A stretch of 63,127 nucleotides of DNA, counting the filler, from Olpidium bornovanus S191 (lineage: Eukaryota > Fungi > Olpidiomycota), in the NCBI GenBank assembly GCA_017911155.1. It is 30 parts of 30 records of this genome, joined end to end, with 100 filler letters (N's around TTAATTAATTAA, not from the genome) between each part and the next. Parts side by side here need not be neighbours in the genome. Positions count along the whole stretch, not along the records: positions 8,529 to 12,333 come from JAEFCI010008159.1; positions 12,434 to 13,835 come from JAEFCI010007537.1; positions 13,936 to 15,007 come from JAEFCI010001970.1; positions 15,108 to 17,238 come from JAEFCI010008642.1; positions 17,339 to 19,914 come from JAEFCI010004393.1; positions 20,015 to 21,950 come from JAEFCI010005592.1; 24 more parts are not named here. One strand, 5' to 3'. The position numbers and the translations under genes are program-made. Position 1 is the first letter of the stretch; each line of letters opens with the position of its first letter. Positions 10,890 to 21,899 of this stretch are shown here, piece by piece. The notes under the pieces were generated by a model. The model made no database searches and had not been told where the DNA came from. It saw only the letters and a list, made by a program, of their open reading frames with translations.

Positions 10890-12333
10890 ATGACCCTGCC
10901 GGGCAGCCTGGGCGTGCAACAGCAGCTGCTGGAGGAGGAGCAGCAGCAGCACCACTACCACCACGCCAGGACGAAGAAGAAGAGGTTCTTCAAGGTCGAC
11001 CTCCACACCCGTGCGTCCTCTCTCCCGCCCCGCCCCTAAACCCACCCCTTCCCACGCAAAAAAGCTCTTCTGACCGTGCGTTCTTGTCGACGGTCTTTCG
11101 GAAAACTCTCAGACATCCTCCCGAAGCAGTGGCCGGACCTTGCTCGGAAATATGGCTACCCCGGCTGGCTCCGGCTCGAACACTCCACTCCGGTAGGGCG
11201 CGTGTGACGAGGCGGCCGCCTCCCCCCTTCTGGCGGGCCGCGGAGGGGTTCACATGCTGATGCCGCTTTTGCCTCATCCGCTTCCCCTTTTTACGCAGGG
11301 AAAAGCAACGATGATGATCGACGGCAAGTCGTTCCGCGATATCGATTGTAATTGCTGGAGTCCAGACCAGAGGATCCGGGAGTGTAACGAGACCGGGGTG
11401 GACGTCCAGGTTCTGAGGTAATAAAAAGAAAGGAAGAAGAAGAAGAAAGAAAAAAAATAATAATAAAGAAACATGAAAGCAAGAAACTTTGAGCTTTCAC
11501 GTTTGTGGAAAGGGCGTTCTACCGTACTTCGCCGGCGGCTGATTTACCGCCTTTCCTGTCGTCCCCCTCTTCGCTTCGCTTACCATAGCACGGTCCCTGT
11601 CATGTTCAGTTAGTACGTTATTTCTAGCTCGTCGCCCATCGTTGCGTCCGAGATCGCGCTCTGTAGCCGGTGCTGACGGCCTTGTCCTCTTTGCCACCTG
11701 GGCGACAGCTGGGCCAAGCCTGAACACACCTTGGATCTTGCTCGGTATCTCAACGACCACATTGCGCAGACCGTGGCGGAAAACCCTAAACGTTTCATTG
11801 GTACGTGTTCGGAAACGGGGAGTTCTAGGGAAGCGGGCCTGGCCTACTCACTCGAACGGAAACGGGACCAGGTCTCGGAACGCTCCCCATGCAGGCTCCG
11901 GAGCTTGCGGTGCAGGAACTCAGGCGGTGTGTTGGACTCGGATTGCAGGGCGTGCAAATCGGTTCGCACGTGAACGACTGGAACTTGGACGCGCCCGAGC
12001 TTGAGCCGGTTTTTGCGGTCAGTTTTTTTCCACAAAAAGCGTATCCGGTCGATCATCGGGGACGTCGCCGTCCGTCCTGACGGAGCCGTCTGCGCGTGCC
12101 GCCTACCGCGTGTTCAGGCCGCCGAGGAGCTGAACACGGCGATCTTCGTTCACCCCTGGGACATGGAGACGAAGGGCCGCATGAAGGACTACTGGTTCCC
12201 GTGGCTGATCGGCATGCCGTGCGAGACCACCCAGGCGATCTGCTCGCTCATCTTTGGCGGCGTCCTCGAGCGGCACCCGCACCTGAAAGTTGCTTTTGCG
12301 CACGGCGGCGGCTCCTTTATCGGGACCGTCGGA
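10890..12333 (+). CDS. ACMSD: 2-amino-3-carboxymuconate-6-semialdehyde decarboxylase (amidohydrolase_2), 3' truncated
   Basis: Spliced KVDLHTHILPKQWPDL...GYPGWL...MQAPELAVQELRRCV...GVQIGSHVNDWNLD...FVHPWDM...YWFPWLIGMPCETT...KVAFAHGGGSF. Confidence 0.95.
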
Positions 12334-12471
12334 NNNNNNNNNNNNNNNNNNNNNNNNNNNNNNNNNNNNNNNNNNNNTTAATTAATTAANNNNNNNNNNN
12401 NNNNNNNNNNNNNNNNNNNNNNNNNNNNNNNNNACTCCCGGAGAGCGCGCCAGCGCCCGAGACCGGCTTAC

Positions 12472-13076
12472 CACGTAATCTATGGGATCATCCGGCCGGA
12501 CGTGGCACACTTCGATCAGCGCCGATGTCAAAGTCGGCATGACGTATTTCATGAGGTAGTTTCGCAGCGGCAGCGACTGTGCTTCCAGGACGTCCTGCTC
12601 TTGCTTGCGGACGTCCTCGAGGCGCGCGTTCTACGTCCGTCAAAAAGAAGGGGAAATCGACGTCGCCTCCGCCACGTAAACATGCGTGATACGTTTGGAT
12701 CGACGCCAAAGGCGTAAACTGCGCGCACCCATTCGGCAAGGGTTTTCTCCCTCTGCTCGTCTGCCTCCTTTTCTCGCGCTTTCCGTTCGTCTTCTGCGAT
12801 TCGGGCAAGGCGAGCCTTTGAACGCGCCGCACAGTCGGGGTGCATAACCAGGTTGAGAGAGAGAGAGAGAGTGAATGCGAGGGACAGAGATCCACCAAAT
12901 CAGGCCCCAAACCAAGCCGGACGTGTCGCCAATTCACGAACCGACCCCGGGGAGTTTCGCCACGCCCCTTCTCCGCCTGGATACTCTTTTCCTGTGCCGC
13001 GACCTGCTCCGGCGTGGGGCCGTAGTTGTGGGGCGGCCCGATCCGCTGGATCATAATTTCCAGTACCGTCGGCATC
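12472..13076 (-). CDS. AK7: Adenylate kinase 7 (ciliary), C-terminal part with Dpy-30 domain
   Basis: [13 protein letters not shown], a coiled coil ending LAEW, then [53 protein letters not shown]; compare AK7 IGEPRNYG...EAQSIPLRNYLMTYVMPTL...RPEDPVDFL. Confidence 0.9.
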
Positions 13077-14387
13077 CTGGGCGACGACTTCTTTCACGCG
13101 GTCCAAAAGGCAGCGGGACGGGGTTTGGTCTGTCCGCGCGAACTTGGCCGTGGGCCCCAGAACTGCTCCAGAATCACCGCAGTTCTTGCGGCGGAGAAAC
13201 GCCCCTGAGGGTCGTCAGAAGGCCAAAGCGCTCGGGATCACGCGTCTTCCGGGCGAGACGTGCGCGGCGCCCGCGTTGCTACGGCCCTGCCGTTACCGCG
13301 CGGGCTTGCAGGATCCACTCCGCGCTTTCTGGAGGTCTGTGATTTCAGCGAGGGGCGGTGTTTTTGCTTTATTTTTAGATCTGCTTATTGCATTGTACTA
13401 ATTGCGGTAGCAATTTTTAGGTTTTTCTTCTGTCCTTTATGTGCCTTACGCAAGCGTAAGAATCTGCATGTCTAGCCCCAAAAAAAGGAATAGGAAAAAA
13501 AGCGGCATGGACCATCCGCGAATTCTAACCAAAAAAAAGGGAAAAAGCTTCCCCGAACACCACGGTCTCGATCTGGGTCTTCCATAATCCATGGCGCATC
13601 AAGGTTTTCCGACTCCTCGCCGCGTTGAATGCGACGGTTCGCATGACCGTGGGCCGCCACTTTCTTTTTTATTGGCGTGAATTTTTGCCGGGCAAGTGGA
13701 TGGGAAGCTCGGTGGGGCGGTGTTGTCGGCCAGTCTGACTACACTTTTCCGCATATTGCATATATCCAGGTGTTTGTGCGGTGCGAACGCGCACCGAACT
13801 AGCTCAACCGTCTCCTACGCCGGCTCGGAAAACCGNNNNNNNNNNNNNNNNNNNNNNNNNNNNNNNNNNNNNNNNNNNNTTAATTAATTAANNNNNNNNN
13901 NNNNNNNNNNNNNNNNNNNNNNNNNNNNNNNNNNNCATGTGCTGATACGGGCCGTGTTGTCGATTTCGCGCGGATCGCGGGGAGCTCTGGGCAACCGAGG
14001 TACGGGACCTTTTCCGTCGCTTCGGCGTCGAAATACATTTGAAATGTACTGCCTTAATACCTCGTTTCTTCCCACTTGAGTTTTCTTGCGTCGGAATGGC
14101 CTTTCCGTTGAGAACGAAGGTGATATTCCGCTTGTTTTCGACCTCACGATGGCGACTGGCGGGACACTGGTGGGACCTCTGATTTTCTCCCAAATGAGAT
14201 AACGACCAGTTTCGTACGTCTAAAGGTCTCGATCACGGCGCCCCCGTCGCACTTCGAGCAGTTGGGGGCGTAGTCCGGTTGCCTCATCTTGGAGCTTTGC
14301 TTTTCGTCGTCTTTCTTTCTATTCTTTTCTTTCAGTTTTTTCAGGGAAATTTCCTCTCTTTTAACCCTTTTTCGAATTAACCTTTGT

Positions 14388-14602
14388 CCCAATTTAGCCT
14401 TTGTCCGAATTTAACCTTTCTGCATTTTAACTTTTTTAGGTTGCTTTAAACTTTTTTGACATCACTTTAAACTTTCTTGAGAGCGCTTTAAGCTTTTTTG
14501 ACATCAGTTTAAACTTTCTTTTGATGTCGCTTTAAACTTTTCTCGCGTCACTTCAGCTTTGTGTCTCTATTTTAGCTTTGTCTCTCTATTTTAGCTTCGT
14601 CT
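14388..14602. repeat. Imperfect ~19-22 bp tandem repeats (TTTAAACTTTTTTGACATCAC type grading into TTAGCTTTGTCTCTCTATT)
   Basis: Direct inspection; AT-rich island. Confidence 0.75.
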
Positions 14603-15159
14603 CTCTGTTTAGCCTCTGCACAGCTGCGCTCTGGAGACCTGAGCTTAATCCCCAGCCCTGGATATATAACAAGGCCCCAACCACCCCCCCACTTTGCAAA
14701 CTTATGGCATAGACATGCGCTGAAAAAAGGAAGATTGAGCGAAGAAGAAGTCGGAGAAAGTCCTTGAGCCGAAGTCCCTCTCCTGGGTGATTGTCCCTCC
14801 ACATCTCGTAGCAACGCCGGCCTTCGCCCCGCAACAGGACTTGGCCTGAAGGAGAAGAAGGTTGCCAACTTCGGGGAGCCTGACGAAGTTGCCCACCACT
14901 GCCCTTGGGAAGGGATTTTGGTGGGAGCTGAAGGGCTGCGGAGAAGGAACGCTTTGAGGAACCTGGACGGCACAGTTGAGCAAACGGAGGACGGTCTAGG
15001 ACAAACANNNNNNNNNNNNNNNNNNNNNNNNNNNNNNNNNNNNNNNNNNNNTTAATTAATTAANNNNNNNNNNNNNNNNNNNNNNNNNNNNNNNNNNNNN
15101 NNNNNNNTGTGATTAGAGCCTTGTGTCTTATCTCTGTCTCCTTCCACAACATTGGAACA

Positions 15160-15234
15160 AAAAAGTCGGGAAACGGGACAAAATCGGTTTCTTCTATACA
15201 CGTAAAATCCGATTTTGTCCCTTTCCCGGATTTT
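15160..15234. repeat. Imperfect ~30-bp inverted repeat with a ~14-nt loop
   Basis: aaaagtcgggaaacgggacaaaatcggttt pairs with aaaatccgattttgtccctttcccggatttt. Confidence 0.85.
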
Positions 15235-15531
15235 AACTTGTCACATTTTGTCTGCGACTAGGCTCTAATTGGCCTCGATACAATGGAGGCAAAAAAGAGC
15301 AACAGAAGATGAGCCAATTGATGGAGCCAATTATCGATAAAAGAGTGGAGGGAAAGGAGGGAAACAGTATCGATAATTGAGGAGAGAAATGTATCGATAA
15401 ATGAGCCAAGCCCAATCCCAAGCCCTATAAAACGCATAGCTCTGTTGGATATAAAAGCATAACTCTACTGGATATAAGAAGCATTAACTTTATTAGATAT
15501 TAACCTCTGGAGGCGGTCGATAGGATCTATC

Positions 15532-15573
15532 ACCGGTGATACGGGGTCATCGCTGACCTTCCGTATCACCGGT
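15532..15573. repeat. Strong hairpin (13-bp + 5-bp stems, 4-nt loop)
   Basis: accggtgatacgg-ggtca-tcgc-tgacc-tt-ccgtatcaccggt. Confidence 0.85.
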
Positions 15574-16192
15574 TCGTTGACGGCCGTATGGTTTGACATC
15601 CCCCTATTGCGGACAACGTGTGGTGCCTTCTCTATCCCTCCGCCCGCCCGGCCGCCCGGTTGGTTCCCTCCGACCCACCCTCCCCCCCGAACTTCCCCCG
15701 GGGCTTCATTAAAAACCCCAGCCCAAACCACCTCAAAGGGCGCCCTTCCCCCCCGCCCTCCCACCCTCCCGACTGCGCCCGCCCGCCGCAGATCGACCGG
15801 CCGGCCCCCGGCACGTTCCGCGCCCGCCCCGGTTCACTCCCGTGTCGTCCGTGAGTGTTGTTGCTGCCCTGGCCTGTTTCGGGAAACGGAGGGAGAGAGA
15901 GCGGAAGGACGCAAAGTCCGCTCAGGTTGCTCGGCAGGCCTGCACGGGAGAGAGTGCCGCCGACGCACGTTGCCCTTGCTCGGGTTGTTGTTTTTTCGGC
16001 TGGAGTGGGAGTCGAGGACTCCCGCCGCGCCGATGGCCCGTAGGGCAGCGGTGCTCCCCTGTTCATTCACGTCCGCCCCGGTTGCAGTTCCGCATCGTGA
16101 CCGCTGCGGAGACCGTTGCCCGTTTGTTCTGAGCCCCTGCCGCCCCGCCCCCGCTGTTTGCCCTATTTTGAACAGGCGATCCGTCGTCCCGC

Positions 16193-17238
16193 ATGGAGCA
16201 CATGCGAGCTGCCCTCAGGTCTGGGCACAAAGCGTGCCCTTTCCTGATGCAAACGTCAATCGCCACGTTCAGCTCTCTCGCCAGTTGGAGCTCCTCGACT
16301 TCCCCCCAGGTGTCCAAGCTGATGCTCCACGCCCGTGCCTGCCCGGTGATATCCAAGGTCATCAACGAGGCGTCCGACACCAAGGTGGCTGTCTTGCCTC
16401 CCACCTCGTGCCCTTTCCGCATGCGCCAGGCTGCATCTGTCCATTCCAGTTCCACTCTCAACGCCGCACCGTTGAAAACTAATGCTCCTCATGAGGTACT
16501 AAACCCCGAACGTACGTGAATTTCCATTGTTCCGGGCGAGGGGCGGCTCGCCTTGTTGGGCTGCAGACTAGCATGTACGAAATTGTTTCGTGGATTTCTG
16601 TATGGAGATGGTAGCTGCGAGTAGGGCCCTGCCACGGGGGATGAAGGGGGGGGAGTGGGGGAGGGGAGGAGGGGAGGAGGGGCAGGCGGAGCAGAAGAGA
16701 GTGAGTGAGAGAGAATGGAAAGTGCGATAGTGGGAGAGTGGGAGAGTGGGAGAAAAAGTGAGGCACAGAGTGTTAACACCGCGTTTTGCCGATTTTAGTT
16801 GCCGACGCGTGCCCTCACCTGGCTGCAGTCGCAGCTGGTAGAATGAAATCTTCGCCTGTCCCCTCTCAACGGATGTCACCGCCAAAACCATTCCTGCCGC
16901 CGTCTTTCAAGACACAGTCCTCGAAGTTCGACTACGAGGGTTTCTACGAGAGCGAGCTTCAGAAGAAGCGTGACGACAAGTCGTACCGTTACTTTAACAA
17001 CATTAACCGCCTTGCGGAATCATTCCCGCGCGCGCACACGGTATCGCCGGAAGAGCTCGTGACTGTTTTCTGTAGCAATGATTACTTGGGTATGAGCCGG
17101 CACCCAGAAGTCATCGCCATGATGCACAAAACCTTAGACAAATATGGTGCCGGCGCCGGCGGCACGCGCAACATTGCTGGGAACGGCGCTTTGCATCTTG
17201 CCCTCGAGCGCGAGATCGCCGATCTCCACCGCAAGGAA
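16193..17238 (+). CDS. HEM1: Mitochondrial 5-aminolevulinate synthase, 3' truncated
   Basis: Presequence with CP motifs, intron 16512-16798, then FDYEGFY...KKRDDKSYRYFNNINRLA...FCSNDYLGM...YGAGAGGTRNIAG. Confidence 0.97.
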
Positions 17239-17338
17239 NNNNNNNNNNNNNNNNNNNNNNNNNNNNNNNNNNNNNNNNNNNNTTAATTAATTAANNNNNN
17301 NNNNNNNNNNNNNNNNNNNNNNNNNNNNNNNNNNNNNN

Positions 17339-18502
17339 CATGTCCTGCGCCAGCGCCTTCAGTGTATTTACTCCCGCAGAAATGTCTTCAAGGTCTTGAT
17401 CCTGTAAGTTGTGTAGACCTCGTTAACCCTGCCTCGCTTTCGCCCGCGGAGAGAACGCGCGCAGACGACGAACGATGTTGACTCCTTGTTGCTGAAGCAT
17501 CAACAAGTCTTCTGCCACGTCAATGTCCGGCAGTTCGGTTTCGTAAGCGAGCGGGGCCGTTCCGGTTCTGCCGCCGTCGCCCCGCCCTACACCAGCGCCG
17601 CTTCCTGACGGGCTGGGTGTTCGCAGCAATTCGCTCCGTTCGCGGCCCCCGCCGAATCCGTCGTCCGCAGCAGTGCCAAATCCTCGTCTTCCCGACGGGG
17701 ACACGCCTTCGGCATTCCCCGAAATACCGGGCCGGCGGGAATGCGTCTTTAGTCAGCAAAGGCTCTCCGGGAGGCGGGTGTGTGCGTGCTGTCGAAAGAC
17801 GGATCAAAATTCGACTCTCGGAATCACGCAAAGGGGCGCACCTATCTTGTTGGAGACGGCGACCCGGCCAGCTGGCCCGCCGGCAAACAGCATTTGGCGG
17901 TCCGCCGTGGCCGCTTCCTGTCCCCTTCGCCTTTCGGCATTCTCCAGTTCCTCGATGTGCTGGTGGCACAGCGCGATGACTTCCTTGCGGGCTGCGTTCC
18001 GCGCAATCTCTTCTGGTCGCTTCTTTCTCTTTTTTATTTTTTTTTTCCACGCATCACCAGGCTAAACATCAAAAGGTTCTTCAAACCGGTTACAGAAGAC
18101 GCAGCTGATTTCCCACCTGCTCTTTCCTCTCGGCTTTACGATGTACGTCTTCCAACGAGGCGAGGTCCTCTTTTGCGGCTTTGATGCACATTCGGCATTG
18201 GTGAGAGAGCTGAGCTGCGTCGGACGCGCTCCCGGCCTTGGCATTAAGCACATTGTCTCGTTCTTTCAAAAACTAGGAAGGCAAAATTGAATTGAGAACT
18301 ACTTCGTAGACCCAATTACGTCTCCGGAGAACTGCTGACCGCCGGTACTTGCCTTCCGCGCTTCTTTGACGCTTTGGTGAACCTTCTTTTTAAAACGTGT
18401 GTAATCGTCAAGGCTGGCTTCATTCTCTTCTTGCTGCTTTGCTTCCGGTGCGCATTCGGCGTAAATGTACCGGACCCGGTCGACGCAGTCCTTCAGACTC
18501 AT
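17339..18502 (-). CDS. Qc-SNARE of SYP7 (syntaxin-71-like) type, 3' truncated
   Basis: Exons MSLKDCVDRVRYIYAEC...LDDYTRFKKKVHQSVKEARK / ERDNVL...AAQLSHQCRMCIKAAKEDL / ARKEVIALCHQHIEELE / TELPDIDVAEDL / DQDLEDISAGVNTLKALAQDM (start of the SNARE motif). Confidence 0.7.
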
Positions 18503-19108
18503 TTAGCCGGCTTGGTCAAAGACTTCGCGCGCGCCAGCGCCCTGCTGTGTTGGCCGCCCAGCAGAGAGTTGGATGTGCGCGCCGAGAATGCTTGTGTTGG
18601 CGGGTCGAGCGGGCCCGTCCGCCTTTTCCGCGCCCACCGTTCGACCGGCCTGCCAGATAAGCAAAATAAACAGCCTGTCCGGGCCCGCGGAGCGAAGAGG
18701 GCATTCCGTCGTGAGCGCGAACGGGCGCCGTACGAAACGCAGGGCGGGATTTGGTTTTCGGCGAAGCGGACCGGGAATGATCACGGCAAAATCGGATTGC
18801 GCGACCCTTTTTTTATTTTTTTTTTTTTCCGGGGCAGTACGGCAAACCCGGAGCAGGACTGCTCCCTACCGCCGGAAGCGTTCTCGCCGCAGAGGATCAG
18901 AGCGCAGTCGACGGTCATGCCCGCGTGCTGTCCGCGTTTACGAAAATTCTGCCGCATGGTGCAGGGGCGGGGGCGTGTGGCCCAATGGGTCGGAATGAAA
19001 AAAAGGAAAAAAAAAAATTCCTGAAACGCGTCGCGGACCACACCACGCATACCCCGCGCGCGCTCATCAAGGGGAGCGTGCGGCCATATGCCCGAGAGCA
19101 GAACAAGA

Positions 19109-19825
19109 ATGAATGAGAAAATGACCGTGCTGCACCGGGACGATGCGGAATCTTTTGCTCTGGCGGTCGTCCGCGAAGTACGTCCGAAAGCGGCCGGCCA
19201 CCAACTTTTTTTATGGTCGCGGTAGCGCGCCGCTCGCCGAACTCCGAAGTGACGGTGTCGCAAAATTCAACCGACGGGCGCTCACTCGTGCCTTGCTTCC
19301 CCGCGAAGTTCTTGGCTGCGGAAGGCTACAAATCCGCTTTGTACGCTTTGGAAGAAGACTGCATACAGAGGCAGAAGCGGGTCCCTACGTTACCGCAAAG
19401 GCGACAACAGAACAGGCCGCCGCCGGATCGGATAAAGGTGGCCAAAAAGCCAAGGCGGCGGCATGCCGAAGAATACGACGTTTTCCATCCGTGCTCCCCG
19501 GCGCCTGAGCAAACTTCCCAGGCCCGAAATTTGTTTCGTTTTTTTGTTGCCGAATTTCAGTCACGCTAAACGGCTTTCCGCCAAACCCAATCACACCCCG
19601 GCCGCAGGGTGATCTCGTCAGAGCGTTGCGTGAAGGCGATCAGCAGGGATTCAACAACTTATGGGATGCGCACGTTCCTCGAGATGTGCGAGGCAAGGAC
19701 GGTGGTTCCCAACAAGTCGAATTCCTTGTCAACATCTACTTCGCAGTGCTCCCGCTTCACCCGTTCGCCGATCCGGCGGCTCAAAAGGTACATCACGCGG
19801 ACGGAGGCATCGCTGGTCGCATTTT
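19109..19825 (+). CDS. ARMC9: LisH-domain ciliary protein ARMC9, 5' part
   Basis: AVVRE/FLAAEGYKSALYALEEDC (LisH) and DLVRALREGDQQGFNNLWDAHVPRDVRGKDGGSQQVEFLVNIYFAV; compare ARMC9 [46 protein letters not shown]. Confidence 0.85.
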
Positions 19826-20687
19826 TTTGCCCATTCCTTGTACATAATATCTGAACGATTGACCTGACAACCTCTGCAATACGGCCTGCAACCCGTAAAT
19901 TTTTCCTCGACATGNNNNNNNNNNNNNNNNNNNNNNNNNNNNNNNNNNNNNNNNNNNNTTAATTAATTAANNNNNNNNNNNNNNNNNNNNNNNNNNNNNN
20001 NNNNNNNNNNNNNNACATGCGCGAGTGTACGCTCACGGGGAAGTTCGGCCGTGGCGGGCCGGTCGGTGGTCGGTCGAGTCAACGACCTCCTCCGGCGCAT
20101 CAATCCTGATGATCACCTGCGTGGACTCGAAGGGAGCGCCTGCGACGGAGGAGGACGAGGAGGAGGAAGAGGAGGAGCACGCCTGAAAACGCGTTCTTTT
20201 TTAAAAAAAAAAAACCGTTCTTCCCCCCCTTTTCCCTTTCCCCCTCTTCTTCCCCTTCCGCCCCTCCCCTTTCTCGCCCCTCCCCTCGCCTCCCACCGTC
20301 ATACCGCCGTCCGCCCGGGCCGCGCGGGGAGGAGGAGGAGGAGGCGCCGGGAGGGGCCCGAAAAGAGCACGCCACCCGCCGCAACGGCCGCCGGCGGCCT
20401 GCGGCGCCGCCGCCGTGCCGCCCACCGCCGCTCGTCGTCCTCCTCCTCCCGTTCCGCCTCCTCCTCCTCCTCCTCCCCCTCTTCCTCCTCCTCCTTCTCC
20501 TCCTCCTCCTCCTTCTCCTCCTCCTCCGCGCCCCGCGTCCGGCCCCCGCCGCCGGCCGGCGGCGGCCCGGCGGGCCGCCAAAAAAAGCTCCGGTCTCGGC
20601 GAGAGGAGGAGCGCGGAACCCCCGCCCCGCGCCCCCGCTCCCGCTCACGCCCATGCCCCCGCCCCCGCGCCGCCCGCGCGAAGAAAG

Positions 20688-21037
20688 ATGAGCGACGCGG
20701 TGGCGCTCAGGGCGAAGCCGCTGGATCCCAAGAGGCACCTCCCCGTGTACCTCTCCTGGGAGCTTCCGGACCTCGCCGACGAGCAGCCCCAGGCCCAGAG
20801 AGCCGTCGCGCACGTGGAGAGCAGCCTGGCGGAGAGCGACCAGGTGGTGAGTGTCCGTGTGAAAAACCCCCGGAGGCACATCAACTTCGTTCCCCCCCAG
20901 TCACCCCGCCCCACACGCCCCTCTCCCCGGTCCACTGTCTCGTTTCGAAGGGTGATGCGACAGAGCCCGCTTTCTGCACTCCGGAAATTCCCCTCTGCTC
21001 TCTTTCTTTCTGTCTCTCTCTACTCTCTCTCTCTCTG

Positions 21038-21077
<40 letters not shown>

Positions 21078-21568
21078 CTCGTTGAAACACACCACGCCGT
21101 CCCGGACGAAAAGGGCAGCTCAACTTGGAGGAGCGGGTTCCGTAACCGCGCATTGCCCAGCGTCCCGCGCTGCCGGCCGCCGGTGACGAAACGTGGCTCT
21201 TTGGCCGCCGCCAACTCCCTCGATTCGCCCCCCCCCTCCCCCACCGTTTCCCGTTCTTAGGAGCACCACTTCCGCGCGGCGGTGTCCGCCACCAACGAGT
21301 CCGCCTGGGACGCGCAGGTCTACATCCCGACGCCGGGCGCGCCGCGCGCCGTCGCCAGCTACTTTGAGACGTACCGCCCCTGTCCCATCGACCCCACCCG
21401 GCGCATCACGTTCTCGCGCACCGTCGAGGAGTGCATCGGCTCACCGTACTGCATGGACGAGAAGGACGAGGAGTGGGGGGCGCAGTACAACGAGACGGCC
21501 AGGAAGGGAAAGAAGCAGAAGCTCACCGAGGACGCGTTTGAGGCGACGATGAGCATCTTCGAGAGGCA
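20688..21568 (+). CDS. EPL1: Enhancer of polycomb-like protein (NuA4), 5' part
   Basis: LRAKPLDPKRHLPVY...LPDL / EHHFRAAV...YIPTP...FSRTVEECIGSPYCMDEKDEEW...LTEDAFEATMSIFE. Confidence 0.88.
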
Positions 21569-21835
21569 GGTAGCTAAACAGGTAGAAGAACCCGCAAGGG
21601 GGGGGGGGCGGGGAGGGCCGGTCATTCCAGGAGGGAAGGGGTCGGGTGGGGTTGGGTGTGTGTTTGGGAGGGGATAAGATGACGGGAGCCGGCGACTGGG
21701 GCGGTTACGTCGAATTCATCACGGCAGGTTTACCGGCGGCTCACATACGAAAACGACCGGGAATGGTGCAACGCAGGATTCCGACGGCGTCACGCCGCCC
21801 TTGGAGGAAACTCCCGCACCATCCTTAACCATGCT

Positions 21836-21899
21836 GAGGGGACAAAAGAACAAATGTTGAGGGGACAAAAGAACAAATGTTGAGGAGGGGACAAAAGAG
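21836..21899. repeat. 23-bp tandem repeat x ~2.7 (tgaggggacaaaagaacaaatgt)
   Basis: Direct inspection. Confidence 0.85.

Noticed and set aside
15235-15262. Hairpin + CTAG as a Helitron 3' end
   Set aside because: The hairpin is long and ~23 nt from CTAG, not the short GC-rich stem close to the terminus.
15330-15400. TATCGATA as a Drosophila DRE/DREF promoter element
   Set aside because: No basis for DREF-type regulation in this organism; kept only as part of the palindrome cluster.
20051-21085. Long Arg/Gly/Pro-rich ORFs here and at 3306-3913, 23417-24448 (5' part), 36763-38013, 44522-45447, 47268-48242, 49157-50665, 55226-56291
   Set aside because: Shadow or antisense frames of GC-rich genes, or translations of microsatellites and homopolymers; high GC suppresses stop codons.
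21836-21899. 23-bp repeats as a CRISPR array
   Set aside because: Head-to-tail with no spacers, eukaryotic context, no cas genes.
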